A DNA stretch of 64,000 nt from Takakia lepidozioides (Eukaryota > Plantae > Bryophyta). Positions 26,818-39,600 of the stretch are shown in pieces. The DNA lies in assembly GCA_030704615.1 (NCBI GenBank), contig CM060733.1:14756001-14820000 (forward strand). Reading direction: 5' to 3'. Below the pieces are notes generated by a model that was not told the origin of the DNA, ran no database searches, and saw only the letters and a list, made by a program, of their open reading frames with translations. A program made the translations under genes and the position numbers. How positions within the stretch are numbered: the first letter of the stretch is position 1; every line of letters starts with the position of its first letter.

Positions 26818-27615
26818 GTCAAGAAGGAGCTCAAGGTCAGTTGCAAGGCTGATCTATCCACTGGCAAATCTCTTGACACCTGAAGTTTTGTTAAACCCAT
26901 CAACCATTCTTCTGTAATTGGAAATTGTAAATTTGCAAGATTTCAGCCACCATTGGCTACTAGATTTCTGCTCCAACAAAATTCCCAATCCTTCAAACTT
27001 GGAGAACTGAGGACAGCTACCAAACCCCAAGCGCTCCGGTACAATCCTATCAGCCCCTTATAAGTCTTGCCACAGATCATGCTAGTTTAGCATCAGACGA
27101 ATAAGTGTTTCTGGAATCTGCCTCTGTATAACAAGTACTCCAAGCAGAAATGACTCTCCCCCAAACAGAGACATGAACTAAGGATTTCCCCAACTTCAGA
27201 TTTTTTGGTTTCATCATTACTCTTTATGAAACAGTTCCAATGGCTTTAAATGACTTGATTTGTCCTATCCTGGTGCTCAACCAGAAATAAGACAGGTGCT
27301 AGAATACAGGGCTGTTCCTCTGTAAATAAATTTATCAATCCATCGTTGCCAAAACATTGAGACGCGCATACCTAGGTTGTTTCTCATGTTCAACTCTGGA
27401 GCCTCCCAAAATTGTGGTATATGCCCTTGGTGCTCCTGTACAAAAATAAAGTTCACAAACTGTACACTGAAATGACAATTCCTGTTTCTATTTACCTCTT
27501 AAGCATTTACAATTGTGAGTTTTCATCTTTCAACTCATCAGGTTCCACTTTTGCAGACGAGATGACTTGTGGACAAAAGAAAATGTACCAATTTACTGAT
27601 CAAAGATGGACACAG

Positions 27616-30600
27616 CTAGGCTGCACTTTTGTGGACTATCCGGGCCTGGTTTCGTGCTTGCATTTCTTTCTCCGTTCGTTGCGTTTGACGCTGGCTCTCT
27701 TCTGGTAAAATTGATCTCAGATGTCTTGCCCGAACTTCTGCAGCCTGTCCCTACATTTTGTTTCCTGCCATCTTGTCAGCATGCATACAAGAACACGAAA
27801 ACACGAGATGGACAAATGTCTTTGTTTCACCCACAATGCGACGATGAGGAACTATTTTACAGTTTCAGAGCTTGTCATGGGGTGGCTGTGGAAAGACAGG
27901 GCGAGATATTTGTCCACTTTGGATAATCTATGTGGCTCACAGGAATCCAACATGTGCCAGGGACTAAGTTTTCAGCATGTTGCCCTAATAGACTAGGATA
28001 GTCTGAAACCCCCATGAGTTCAAATCCACAGATGAAAGAATACGCCCAACAGAAACCAGCTCTGACCACAATCTCCAAATGTTACACTGACCTGTGTTAA
28101 TGAAACACGCTACTTCAGATGTAAAAGACTCCCAAGAAGCAAACAAAGCTGACCAGGGTCCCTAGTCCCTGGCTAGATACCAGTTTTAGCTGCCATAGCT
28201 TTCGTGCACATTCCTCTGACTCATCCTCAAGCTTCACAGCAGTCTTTGATGGAGGAGATGTAACTGTTGTACACGGTACCTCCTCAACACCGCCTTTATA
28301 AGACAATGGTCGAGGCTCACCTCCACACTGCTGCGGAGGCTCTGTTTCTGGAGCTGAAATGTTTACTCGAGCTACTCTGTCCACGACCTCCTGGAAGTCC
28401 AGGTATATGGATGAGACTGCACAAAAATCAACTGGGATTCAGGTGTAATGCACATCAATGACACAAAAACTATGTAAGATGGCTCCTTCCAACCCCATCT
28501 TCCCAAAAAATGAAATCCTCAAAGCCATCCTACCTTTCAGACGCTTGAATTCATCCAAGACATCGTGAATGGTTGAGTCTTTTCTTTTTAACTGTAACTT
28601 GGTCCCAAAATCCCTTACAAGAGATTCTGCCAGATCTTCTGAAGCAGCCAAGTCTACCATGTTTTTGACAGCCTTCATCCTCCTCCCTGCAGCTGCAGCC
28701 CCTTGGTTATGTTGGGGTGATCTCACAGGTGTATCGTCATTCTTGCCAAGGTTCAATTTGTGTCTGAAAGTATTTGAAAGAGTTCGAACTGATTTTTCTC
28801 GATCAGCAGCTGCAGCAATGGCTTCTGGATGCTTGGGGCTTAATAACTGAATTCGCAGCGTTGGGGCATGCGCTCTTGAACCTGAAACATGTAGAAGGAA
28901 TAAACTTAAGGATAAGAGAAGTGTCGTCGTAGGTAAGCATGTCTTTCAAGCATCAAAAGTATTGTTCAATTGAGCATGAGAAGGAAAAAGATTGAGCCAA
29001 ATGACAGGTTAGTGACATATTAGGCTCTCAGAAGTGGGTCGAGCATTCCAAGCCTACCATCAGCTTTAAGTTGCACCCAAACCGAATCCATAAGCTTATA
29101 TGTCTGTATTGTCTTCCCTGACTCCATGTCCTGCCCACATTCCAAAAGTCACGGTGGGCCAAAAATTTGCATTGGAAAACTACACATGTGATATTACTAC
29201 ATCTCCTTGCAACCTGGAAGAGCTCCCATTTGTGGATTTAAGAATGTAAACTTCATCTTAGCCAATGCTTACCTGTACGACTTGGCCAGAATACTCTAGA
29301 CATAGAAACAGCAAGACGCAGCAAAAGCAAAACAATAAGCTCTCCAACTACGCTAACCAAGCCCACCTACATCCTAGCCTTCGAACACAAAATATTTTAG
29401 CTTTCCTCTTATTTAAATACACCTAAGCATCCATACCATCATGGCAATGGATCCTCCTTCCTTCTTTAAGGAGAGACGTCCAGTTCGTTTTGCAAACGCA
29501 TCTTGGACAGGAGATTTTGTTGCTGAAGTATCCTCCTCAGCAGGTAGAATGACTCCACCACTCTTATCCTGCACAGACTCACCACCCACCACCTCACTTT
29601 CTGTCGCAGAAAATAATTGCATGGCTACCCAGGAACCCCATTAAAAACTTGTACAACCCAATCTTGTTGTGACTGCTCCGTTGCTCTGTGATTAAAAAAA
29701 TGGGCGCAGTGAAGCTTACCAGTAAGTAGACAGGTCCACGCAGGTCATACTTAGGTACAAACACAACCAGCCCTTTGGAGTGCAGGCCAATAACCTGGAG
29801 CAGGTACAAATCCGAAAAACTTATTTGCAAGATAGGTGGTAAAAGGCACAAGAACTCATGATGACACCCTCTGGCCCAGAGAAAACTCTAAGGATATGGA
29901 AAGGATGCCTACATATATAAACACATCAAGAGCGTCAGCATATTCTGATTACATACACATCAACCATATAAAAATGTGTGCATGATACGTATCTCATTGA
30001 TGTACTAAATTAATCAGAACAAGGTGCACTGAACTGTAGCAATCAGCAAAGAGTAGGAGGAGACAAAGACAGACCACAGCATGCTCGGCCCTTGAATGTT
30101 TTTGGAGGTACATCAAAAGATAGAGTTCATTGCATTCCTTTTGGGCTCGCTTATTTGCCCTATGCCGCTCATTCAAGTGCTCTGCCACCTGCCACACCCA
30201 TATCATTTCAGACCATGTAACACTTCAAATGTGGTGGGCAAATGTTTGTAGTTTGTGGGGGTGAGCAAGCTTGTCAAACAACAATAGGATTGATACCCAC
30301 GGGAAATATGCTTATGAGCAGTGCTTAGCTTTATCTTGAGCTTAAGGACCCGAATATGCACCATGACATGCAAAACTCTTGTCTGTATGTCAGTTCAGTG
30401 CAGTAACAAAGAAGGTTGAATCAAGAAAAGGCGGATCGATTCTTTTACTTCGTCCTTGTTCTCCGTTCACTCAACCTGGTTTGAAGAAACCTTCCCATAC
30501 CTGTTTAAGTTCAAATGGTGGTAAAATGAACTCTTCATCTGCTTTTAAAAGCCTCTCACGCAATATCTCCTCAAAACTTCGATCAAAATCCTTAGCCTTT

Positions 30601-33600
30601 TGAGCTGCAGCCACTAGCATCCGATGCACCAACACGTCCCCATACCTTCGAATGGGAGACGTAAAATGTGTGTAGAACCTGACAAGGGCACACAACCATT
30701 AGCGAAAGATCACCACAGTTGTCTCAGTACCAGAAATCTCAGACATGACAACTTCTTAGGGGAGAATAACCATAGCCATCTCACAGACCATGGTGATCAT
30801 TTGCAAGACTGATCATGACATAGCAGATCCAAAACTTAGGTGAAAAGTTTTGCTCCAGTGGATAGGACCCCATGGCATAGAGCTGATATCAGATTGAAAC
30901 TGGAGGATCTGAAAGAGCCGTACTCAAGAGCAAGTCCATAGTGATAGAAACCTGATGTCTCTGGGACCTCTCCTGTAGAGAAGTATTCAGCCTGCACACT
31001 CCAGACAACAAAATAATTGTCTTCCCCCTCACATCCAATGAACAAACCTCAAATTAAAACTGCAACAGGCTATTATGGGACAAGCATAGACATACTATTG
31101 TGTAGCACCACAGCTTGTAGCCTGCAGTGCTGCCACTTTGACAAGCCTTACAAGTAATTGCAATCAAGCTCTGGCAAAAAGACTTTACTCTAGTTCCTTT
31201 CTCTCCTGTCTTGGGGTTGATAAAACTTTAGTCCAGGTAAAAGCACAAGAAAAACTGTGTGAACATTAGATGAGGAGGGTCGATGAATTCTCGATATGTT
31301 GAGACATCTCATTTGACTCAAGGTCCCAAGATCCGACCATCCTCATAAATCATAGATCAAACAAGAGACTCGGAGCAGTAGGAGCATACCTCGGACATTG
31401 CCCGTGTCGCCATGGCCTTGAATGCCCTCTGGACAATTCCAACCCACAAGCTAATGTTTCAGACAATTAAGGCATCCATTCCGCATTTACCAAGAGGCAA
31501 CTAGTATGGGGGGCCTCTGAAAATGAGCCCTCTCACAACCACATCAGGCCATGTCCATTATCCTCTACTGAGCCCTTCACACAGTTGTTTAAGTTACAAG
31601 ATAAACCATCAACTTGTGCACATTAGCTTTTTCTCTCACTTTGATTCAGTGTGACTGGTGGCACAACAATCCCCACATGAATTATCGCTTTGGTAAGGTA
31701 GAGGGCTACAGTAGCAGCAACCATATCATCCTTCTGATATGATGTTGGGCACACACGACCAGATTGGCGCAATTCAATAGCCTGGTTTGTTGAACCAGGA
31801 ACTGGACCAAGAGAATTACCAGCTCACCAGTCTATACTTTCGATGATCCATTACAGATCACGTTAGGAGAAAAGCGCAAATGAGAAGAAATCCCTTTCCC
31901 TCAAAGACATGTCTCCCTGCACGTCCATGTGAGAATCCTATGGAAATGGCCAAGCAAACATGTGAAGTGCTGCGTCAGACAGGAATTGCCGTAAAGGTCG
32001 GTCATCTCTCACACCTCAATGGTGGGGTCGTTACTGTCTCGCATACGTTGTAGTGATACTGCAAGAGCCTGCAATGGACCACCATCCATCAGAGACAAAT
32101 GTTGCCAGATGATGTTCACTTTCTATTTCTTAGTTGCCTGACTGATAGTTAAATAGATGTTTGAGCTCCACATATCGCTACTATGTCAGAGCTCAAAGAG
32201 TGCACCTTGTTGCTTGAAGTGTCGAGCGTGAAACCACGAGCTTCACAGCACTGCAACCCCAATGCCCCACAGATCAGATGGTGGCCTCCCTCCTCTCCCA
32301 ATTCTCCGTTCTACTCTAAAAAAAGGCTACCAAAATCATAAAAGTAAAAAGGACTGGACAGCTGACCTCCAACAACAAAGTGAAGTTGTCTAAACGTGGG
32401 GGAACGTGCCTCCTCAACAGTGCTGCCATTGGATAAGACCTGCCAACCACTCCACACACAATCTTCAGTGAATGCAGTCAATTAGTTTCCAAGACAACAG
32501 ATACATGATGAAAACCATCTCTTAGTGGACAGCTAGTGGATTGGAACAGTTCAACAACTTCAAGCATGTGGCTGGCTGCCCTTGGAACCGGTATTTCAGG
32601 GTAGGGATTTCTACTTATGTTGTGTCTTCTGACGATGAGCTTAGGTGGAAATATTATGGCTTTGGTTGTCAAATTGCAAAAAGACCAGTAAAGTGGATAG
32701 TAAATACAGTCTATCTAGCATCCCTGCTGCAATGGTACCATATTCTTAAGATCATTAGTAACAGAATTCAACAAGACAGAAATTGGCATCCTATAATTGT
32801 GACAAACACTTTCCAATCTGGAAAGAGATAAGGGGGTCAGGGACTCACAGATATATAGCTCGAGCCACGTAAGAGTTTGCTAGTATCATCATCTCCGCTA
32901 CAATCCAGTTCATCTTAGATAAACAGCCCCCAACCCACATGGAGTTTTCCGTCAGCACTGTGGAAATGTCAAACCTTGTAAATACAATGTAAGTAACAAC
33001 AATGCTACTGCAAAAAAATTTAATTTGCCTTCACAAGCACATAATCAGAAACACACTACACCATCAAATATAGACAAACTTCAAGACTAGTGTCAACATG
33101 GCAACTTGAAAGAAATACAAGATGCTCACCGGAAGTTCAAGCTTGGTGTCCACTTGGACAGGTTCCTTGCGGTCGTTCATATCAAATCGCAGCTCTGTGC
33201 TTGTCAGCTCCAATGCACCTTGAGCCACCCGCAGATTTTGTCGCCGCTACAAAGGACAATGCTAATTAGTCTCTCCCTGTCTACCGTTCTTCTTATTAAC
33301 CTCCCCATATCCCCCAACTATTTATCTCTCTTGTTGTTCTACTGTGTCACATAGGCCCTCTGAGCGCCCCGTGCTTCATTCTTCTTCCTTTCTTTTGTGC
33401 ATTCATCCTGTCATCCACAATGCTTGACTGTGATAAGATGACTGCCAGTGGCATGAGCCAAAGTATTACCTGGGCCAGCTGAGCAAAGACCAACAGATTT
33501 GCTTGCACATTCGCCACCTCAGAAGGTTCACCAAGCTCCCAACCAGGAGGCAGCACTTGGCCATCAAGTATTGCTTGTGCTTGAGCATAGAACATCTGCA

Positions 33601-36600
33601 CCACATAGTTTCAACAATAGTGATGAGATCAAGAGATTGAGATGAAATTTCACTGTCAGTTGTGGGCATTTGGGAGTTCCACAGACAGCCCTCCTTCACA
33701 GCTATGTTATTTATCTGAGCAATAAAAGCAAGATTTCAATTTACAATGCTCATGACTTATCTGCAAATGCCAGAACAGCATTGAGGCTCTTAATGCAAAC
33801 TAGGAGGCACAGACCCACGACTTATCACATGGTGCAGTGACTCAGTAGCAAAAATGTGAGTAACTAGAGTAACTTTACTGACAAGGGGAAAATGAGTACT
33901 TGGTGGCGGGACCGGATAATAGTTCTTCCAAACCACACATCCAGTATCTCGAAGTCACGATCTGGATCAACTGTCCAGAGGACACTCACGGCCAGCCGAT
34001 CCTTTCCACCAACTAGCGAGCACAAGTTCTCACTGCATCAACACATCCCCAAGGCCTTCCCTTCTCAGTGCATTTCAACATAGGGAAAACAATGAAGTAG
34101 TTCAAATACAATTGAAGCATCAAATAGACAAAAGAACAATGCACAAGGAAGATAGTTCCTTTTAATAGAGCCCCTACTTTATCCATGTAGATGAGCTCCC
34201 CACCCTTCCCCCTTAATTAATGCTGGCAATACCAGCAACATTTGAGCTATGTGAGCCAACTTGGCTACGGATAAATGCAGCACAGCCTCATAATTCTAGC
34301 TAGGACTTCCTGTCTAAATACTCGGTGCTGTTAACAATCAAGTCTGACTCCCGTGTGGGGAGTCAAAATGTGACGAGAAATGCACAAAATGGAGCCAACC
34401 TGAGGACAGCAGGAAGCATGTGCCAACTGTGCCCCACCATGTACACAGTGGTGCCCCGGGCACGAGCTTCAAGGTCCAGCAGACTGTCTTGCTTCAAAAA
34501 GTAGGTCACATCTGCTATATGCACTCCGACCTGACTCGCAAAGTCATCCATACACCAAGCTTGAAAAATTCTTTATTGTTGGAATTTGAGTGAAGGTACA
34601 CAGTCTTATCCTGTTCCATGGTTCAGGGAAGCTATTTCCTCACACACAAAATGCATCATAAACATTTACACCAGTGGCAACAGTCCACAACAATGTCAAT
34701 GAGATGCACATTGTGAGAGAAGCACACAAATCCAATTGCCGAAAAGCACCCTCCTTCTGTAAGAATACCTCGAGTAGATTGCCAGGCAGCTTCTTCACTG
34801 ACAAAGCATCATCCACATCCTTGCTTCCAGGTGGATCAATGCTGTGTCCAAACAAGCAGACAACTGTCTCAGCCAACTACTAACGAGAAGTGACTGGGAT
34901 TTTATTTCTATAAAATGATTAAGCTCACCTGCAGGTATGATGACAAAACCGCAGATCTCGACGGTGTGAATACTCCTCCTCTGGAATACACCATGGCTGC
35001 TCCTTCGTGTCTTCAGGAAGCTCCTGCAGGGATCTATTATATACAGAGCCACAAAATGCTGAATTCTCAGATGGTTCTAGGATATGGTGCTGGTTTAACC
35101 AAGCTCTGTTTGATTTGGAGACAGCGACATAGTTGTTGGTGTTTTTACTTGCAAATGTCCAACAGAAACAACAATAGAAAAGAAACTTTTATCTGCAAGA
35201 GAGTAGGACAAGATACTCCTTCATGAGAAGTCTGCTGAGGCTCTGCAAATCTCAACAAGCAGGTTGAGCATGACTATAGTTGCCCTTGCTGAGTTTATTA
35301 GTACTGAAACGTAAGGAGTTCCAGTGCTTTTTTCCATCCTAAATGACATCCCACCACATGCAATCCATAATATGGCTGCATCCATTTATTGCTAGTATCA
35401 TCTGTTTGTTAAGGCCTGATTCTCTTTCTGTTAGCCACACCGAAACCAGGTGCTGGCTCTATGGCCTCAAGAGTGGAACAAGAAAAACAAAATGTATATT
35501 GATTTTCATTGATTCCCTCTGTCTTGCTCAATCTTTGTAAAATGGGCCTTGAGGCCCTCCTGGATGTTATAACCTTCTTAGTTTTTGCCCTCCTTTCCAA
35601 CAGTTCTGGCAAAGCATCTTTGGTTCACCCTCATAGCCGTCACCACAAGCTTATCTACCCACGCATACTGTCCAGGAGTCTCTAGGCTTGACCAGCATGT
35701 GCAGGCATTTTGCTATTTGCTTGTAATTATACATTGTCCCATGGCCCCTCCCCCCCCCCCGTGGATGTAAAAATCTTATTCCTCTTTCTTCTTCCCTCTT
35801 CTGACCTCCTCACCCTTTCCAACCCTATCGTTAGTTCACCTGCAATATACCACACAGAAGACTTACGCGGTGCTAAAGGGGGAAGTCGTGATCCCATTCT
35901 CCACCAGCAAAGCCATGGTTTCAGCACTAAGGTCACCAATGGGCCCCAAAATGTGCACTAAGTGACCTCTTGGAATCCTCGATTCTATATCCCAGCCATC
36001 AATTCGGACCACAAATCGCTGCCCTGTCAGGCGATCTCCCTGACGAGTAGACAATCGGACCTGAAAACCAAACACAGCAACGCAACAATTAGGAATCACT
36101 CATTTGAGACTAAATTTTGCAACTGCATCTTGCTTTGTGAATTTGACCTAGGATCCCTCCACCTGGGTGCTGGCATCGGCCTGGAGACCCAAGACAACAA
36201 GATCTCCAGAGACAAAAAAAATAGATGATAAATGTTTTTAGTCCAGGAAGGATCTTGAATGATCAATTGTCAGCTTACCATAGGAATTCGTCGATCCATT
36301 GGTATGCATACCAGATGCTCTCTCCTGAATTCCCACCAAATACTTAGTATCGACAGAACAACTATTTTATGAAAAGACAAACAGACAGTCTCTAGAAAAA
36401 ATAAACAAGGAGTAATGCACAGCGGCTGAGTTAGTCCAGTCCACCTTCCCGCATTTGATTGTGCAATGGCTGCTTCATCTTCTTCAGCTATACACACAAC
36501 ATAATCTCTCTGAACTCTTTGCAGTATCCCAACCACTTCTCCTGTTGGCATGACTCCATAACTGACCCCCCTCAAGCCTGCCCCGATCTCAGTTGTTTCC

Positions 36601-39600
36601 TCCAGGTCCAACGGAGGGCCCCCATCATCAAGCAAGTCAGGCAAATATGGATCAAGGCCTGCATCAGGACCTGCAGGTACGGCTAGGGTTCCATGGCCAC
36701 CTTGTTTTGGGGCTTTCCATTGACTCCGCGGAAGCAGCCGTATCTGCCCCAGTGCAAATTCATATCAGATATGCAGAAAGAAGTAAATAACTTCCTTGAG
36801 GGCAACCTATCTTACATGCATGAATGTGCCGTAAGGTATCAAAACGACTATAGTCAATGTGCCAAAGTTACATCAGAAAGTATTAGAACTGCTGACCATA
36901 GTTTGATAGAATGCAAGACCAGACAGAGGCATAAGCTTCAGGGCACCCAATCAATTGTTGAAGAAAAAACTTGTTCAGTGGAACTAGTAGTTACTGGAAA
37001 AGCAATCAGTGGGCAATGTGACCAGCTCAGAGGAACTTACAGCAACCAGATCTCCGTGTATTGACCTATTCTGATGTGCTCGTCCAGCAACAAAGATCTC
37101 GAACCTAGAAGCCTCCCCTTTGTTGCTGCAGTTTCATAAAACCATCCTCATCAGCTCTTCAAAACGCTGTGGTAACTCCTACACGGCACGATATTGTCCA
37201 ACTCCACAATATAGTTTCTCCTGCCCTTCCTATAATCAGATCAAAGGGAGATGCCATGTCTTTTTAGAAACCGTTCATTCATGGCAGGGGTATGCGCCCT
37301 TGAAGATCAGAAGTCCTTGGACACTTACCTTCACAAGCCACTATGTCATCGAGAAGCAATTCAAGGTCATCTCTTGTGGTCCATCAACCTCTTGGGTCAT
37401 TCTTTCTTTAGTTCAGTCCACATCCTTGTCCCATATGCTCTTTGAGCTTCCTGTGGTCCTTGGAGGTTATAACGTACCTTCCATTACTCGTTTCTATCTT
37501 TCTTCTTTCATGATAAATGTCTTCATCCCTTCATTATTGCCCTTCGTAATTTGTGAGAGGGGAAAACACCCCAGATTAAACTTGATAAACCCTCTCTCTC
37601 AATCTACCTGTCATGGACATAATAAATCATAAAAGATCACACCAGAGGGTGAGAACTACACAGGGTAGAACATCGTGTTATCATGCACCTTGGACGAACA
37701 AACCCTTCCTGAGGATCGTGCTTACTGACATGGAAAATTCCAGTTCGGACACTCCCATCTGAAATACCTGCCTCTATCACATGTCCTGATACACCAATCC
37801 AGAAAGACAGCCGAAAAGAGAAAAGAACAAAGAAGTTCCCATTAGCAACAGCAAAACAACCAATAAAGGAAGAACTAAGAGCACGGCAGATTGGCAAAGA
37901 AGTCATGCTGACCATAAGATCTTTGGTATACCACATTAGGCCCCTGGACAGTAGTCATGGCCAACTCTGTAGCAGTCTGATTATTCTTGCTTCTTTCACG
38001 CTGTGGTGCTTGGGTTTCAGGTCCTAGACCCACAAGCTCTCTGAACTTCTCATGGACATTCTTCAGTTTCTTTCACTTTCTCTATACTTTCTTTCCCTAC
38101 CAGCACCTTTTGGCCATGATTCTTCTCCTCCTCCTCCTCCCTCAGGTAAAGCACAGTCTAACTGGTACACGTTTTTGACAAGCACCCCGACAAACTTCGT
38201 AACCTAAAAACATCAACCACAACCTTGATACCCCAAGAAACATCCAATAGGTGGTGACCCTGACAGGTAATAACAAACACTAACCACCTTCCAAGAGGAA
38301 AAGAACTAAAAGTAGCATGGCCAGAAAGGGAGAAGCCCCAGTACAGCAGTGCTCTAGGGACAACAAAGATAGCAACTGTAGCCCACAAACAGGCAAGGCC
38401 CAAATGCCCAAAGGCATGGGAATCCAACTAAGATAGAGCCAACAAAGCCCGCTAGCAACCAAACAGTGATTTGAGACTGAAGCATAAGCTGGATTTGGAG
38501 TACAACCGCAGCTCCGCCAAAACGCTGCTGCCTACCAATCTCTCTCTGGACATTATAAAGTTTCTTTTTCTTTCTCTCATAATGGTTGACATAAATAATT
38601 GACAGACTATACCTCCTAAGTGTTCATGGAATGCAGCCCCCCCTTTTGCCCCTTTCCTTCCTGTGGTTTCACCATGAGGAGCAGCTCCATCTGTTGATAT
38701 CTCTTCTGTCACAGATGCTTGTGATTGTAACTGTTCCAGATGAGAAATGCCAGTGAGCTAGCTGAATGTAACTAAATTTCTCTGGAGCAAATGACATCAA
38801 AGTTACTGAATCAGATATATATATACAAGTAAGATAAATGTCAATGATAGAATGTTTGACTGGGGTGGATGGACTAACGGAGACACACACATACAGAGAG
38901 TTCCCTCAACAGCCATTTGTCGTCTCTTGCTCAAGAATATAAAGAGAACTAACCAAAGAAACATAGAGCTCCATGACAGAGGTATCATGTTGCCAGAAGC
39001 GTTGGAAATAGTCATTAGCATTGAGCACCTGCATCCAGTCCGTTGAAAGTGCAAATCTGGAGTAATGAATCATTTACAAACAGACCATCTATCCTTGAGA
39101 AGACAATGTACATCTTTGGGCTACAGGCACTGTAATTACTGTTTTTTTTTTTTGTTTTTTTTTGCTTTCTCTCTCTGTTGTTCTACTTTGTCTTGTGGAC
39201 CCTGGGAACCCCCATCAATAGGAATTTCCATTCTTCTTTCTTTCTCTGTTTTACTGTATTCCACAGGGTCTAAGGGTTGAACACGTTTTTTGGTTTTCTC
39301 TTGTTGTACTGGCCTTTTAGGGTTCCTGTGGGGTACATTCATTTTCTTCATTTTCTCCTCCTTTCTATCTGAGCTTTCCAGGACGTTATAAAGTACCATT
39401 TCCTTTCATTTCATTTCTCGCATTGGGGTGCTGTTGACATCGTGTAAGTTTCTCTCAAGTTAAGGTAAGGAAAGGGTGAACCCCCTAGATTACACCTTAT
39501 CATACCCTCAATCATACCCTTGTAAGCCAAGAAAAGCTGTCCTGGAAGGGCCAGCTCACTGAGAAACACATCAAGTGCCAGACCAGGCCCTTCGTAATTT

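Noticed and set aside
37120-37632. 170-aa plus-strand ORF and other short ORFs antisense to or inside the host genes
   Set aside because: They lie in introns or opposite real exons, mostly start at non-ATG codons and have no motifs.
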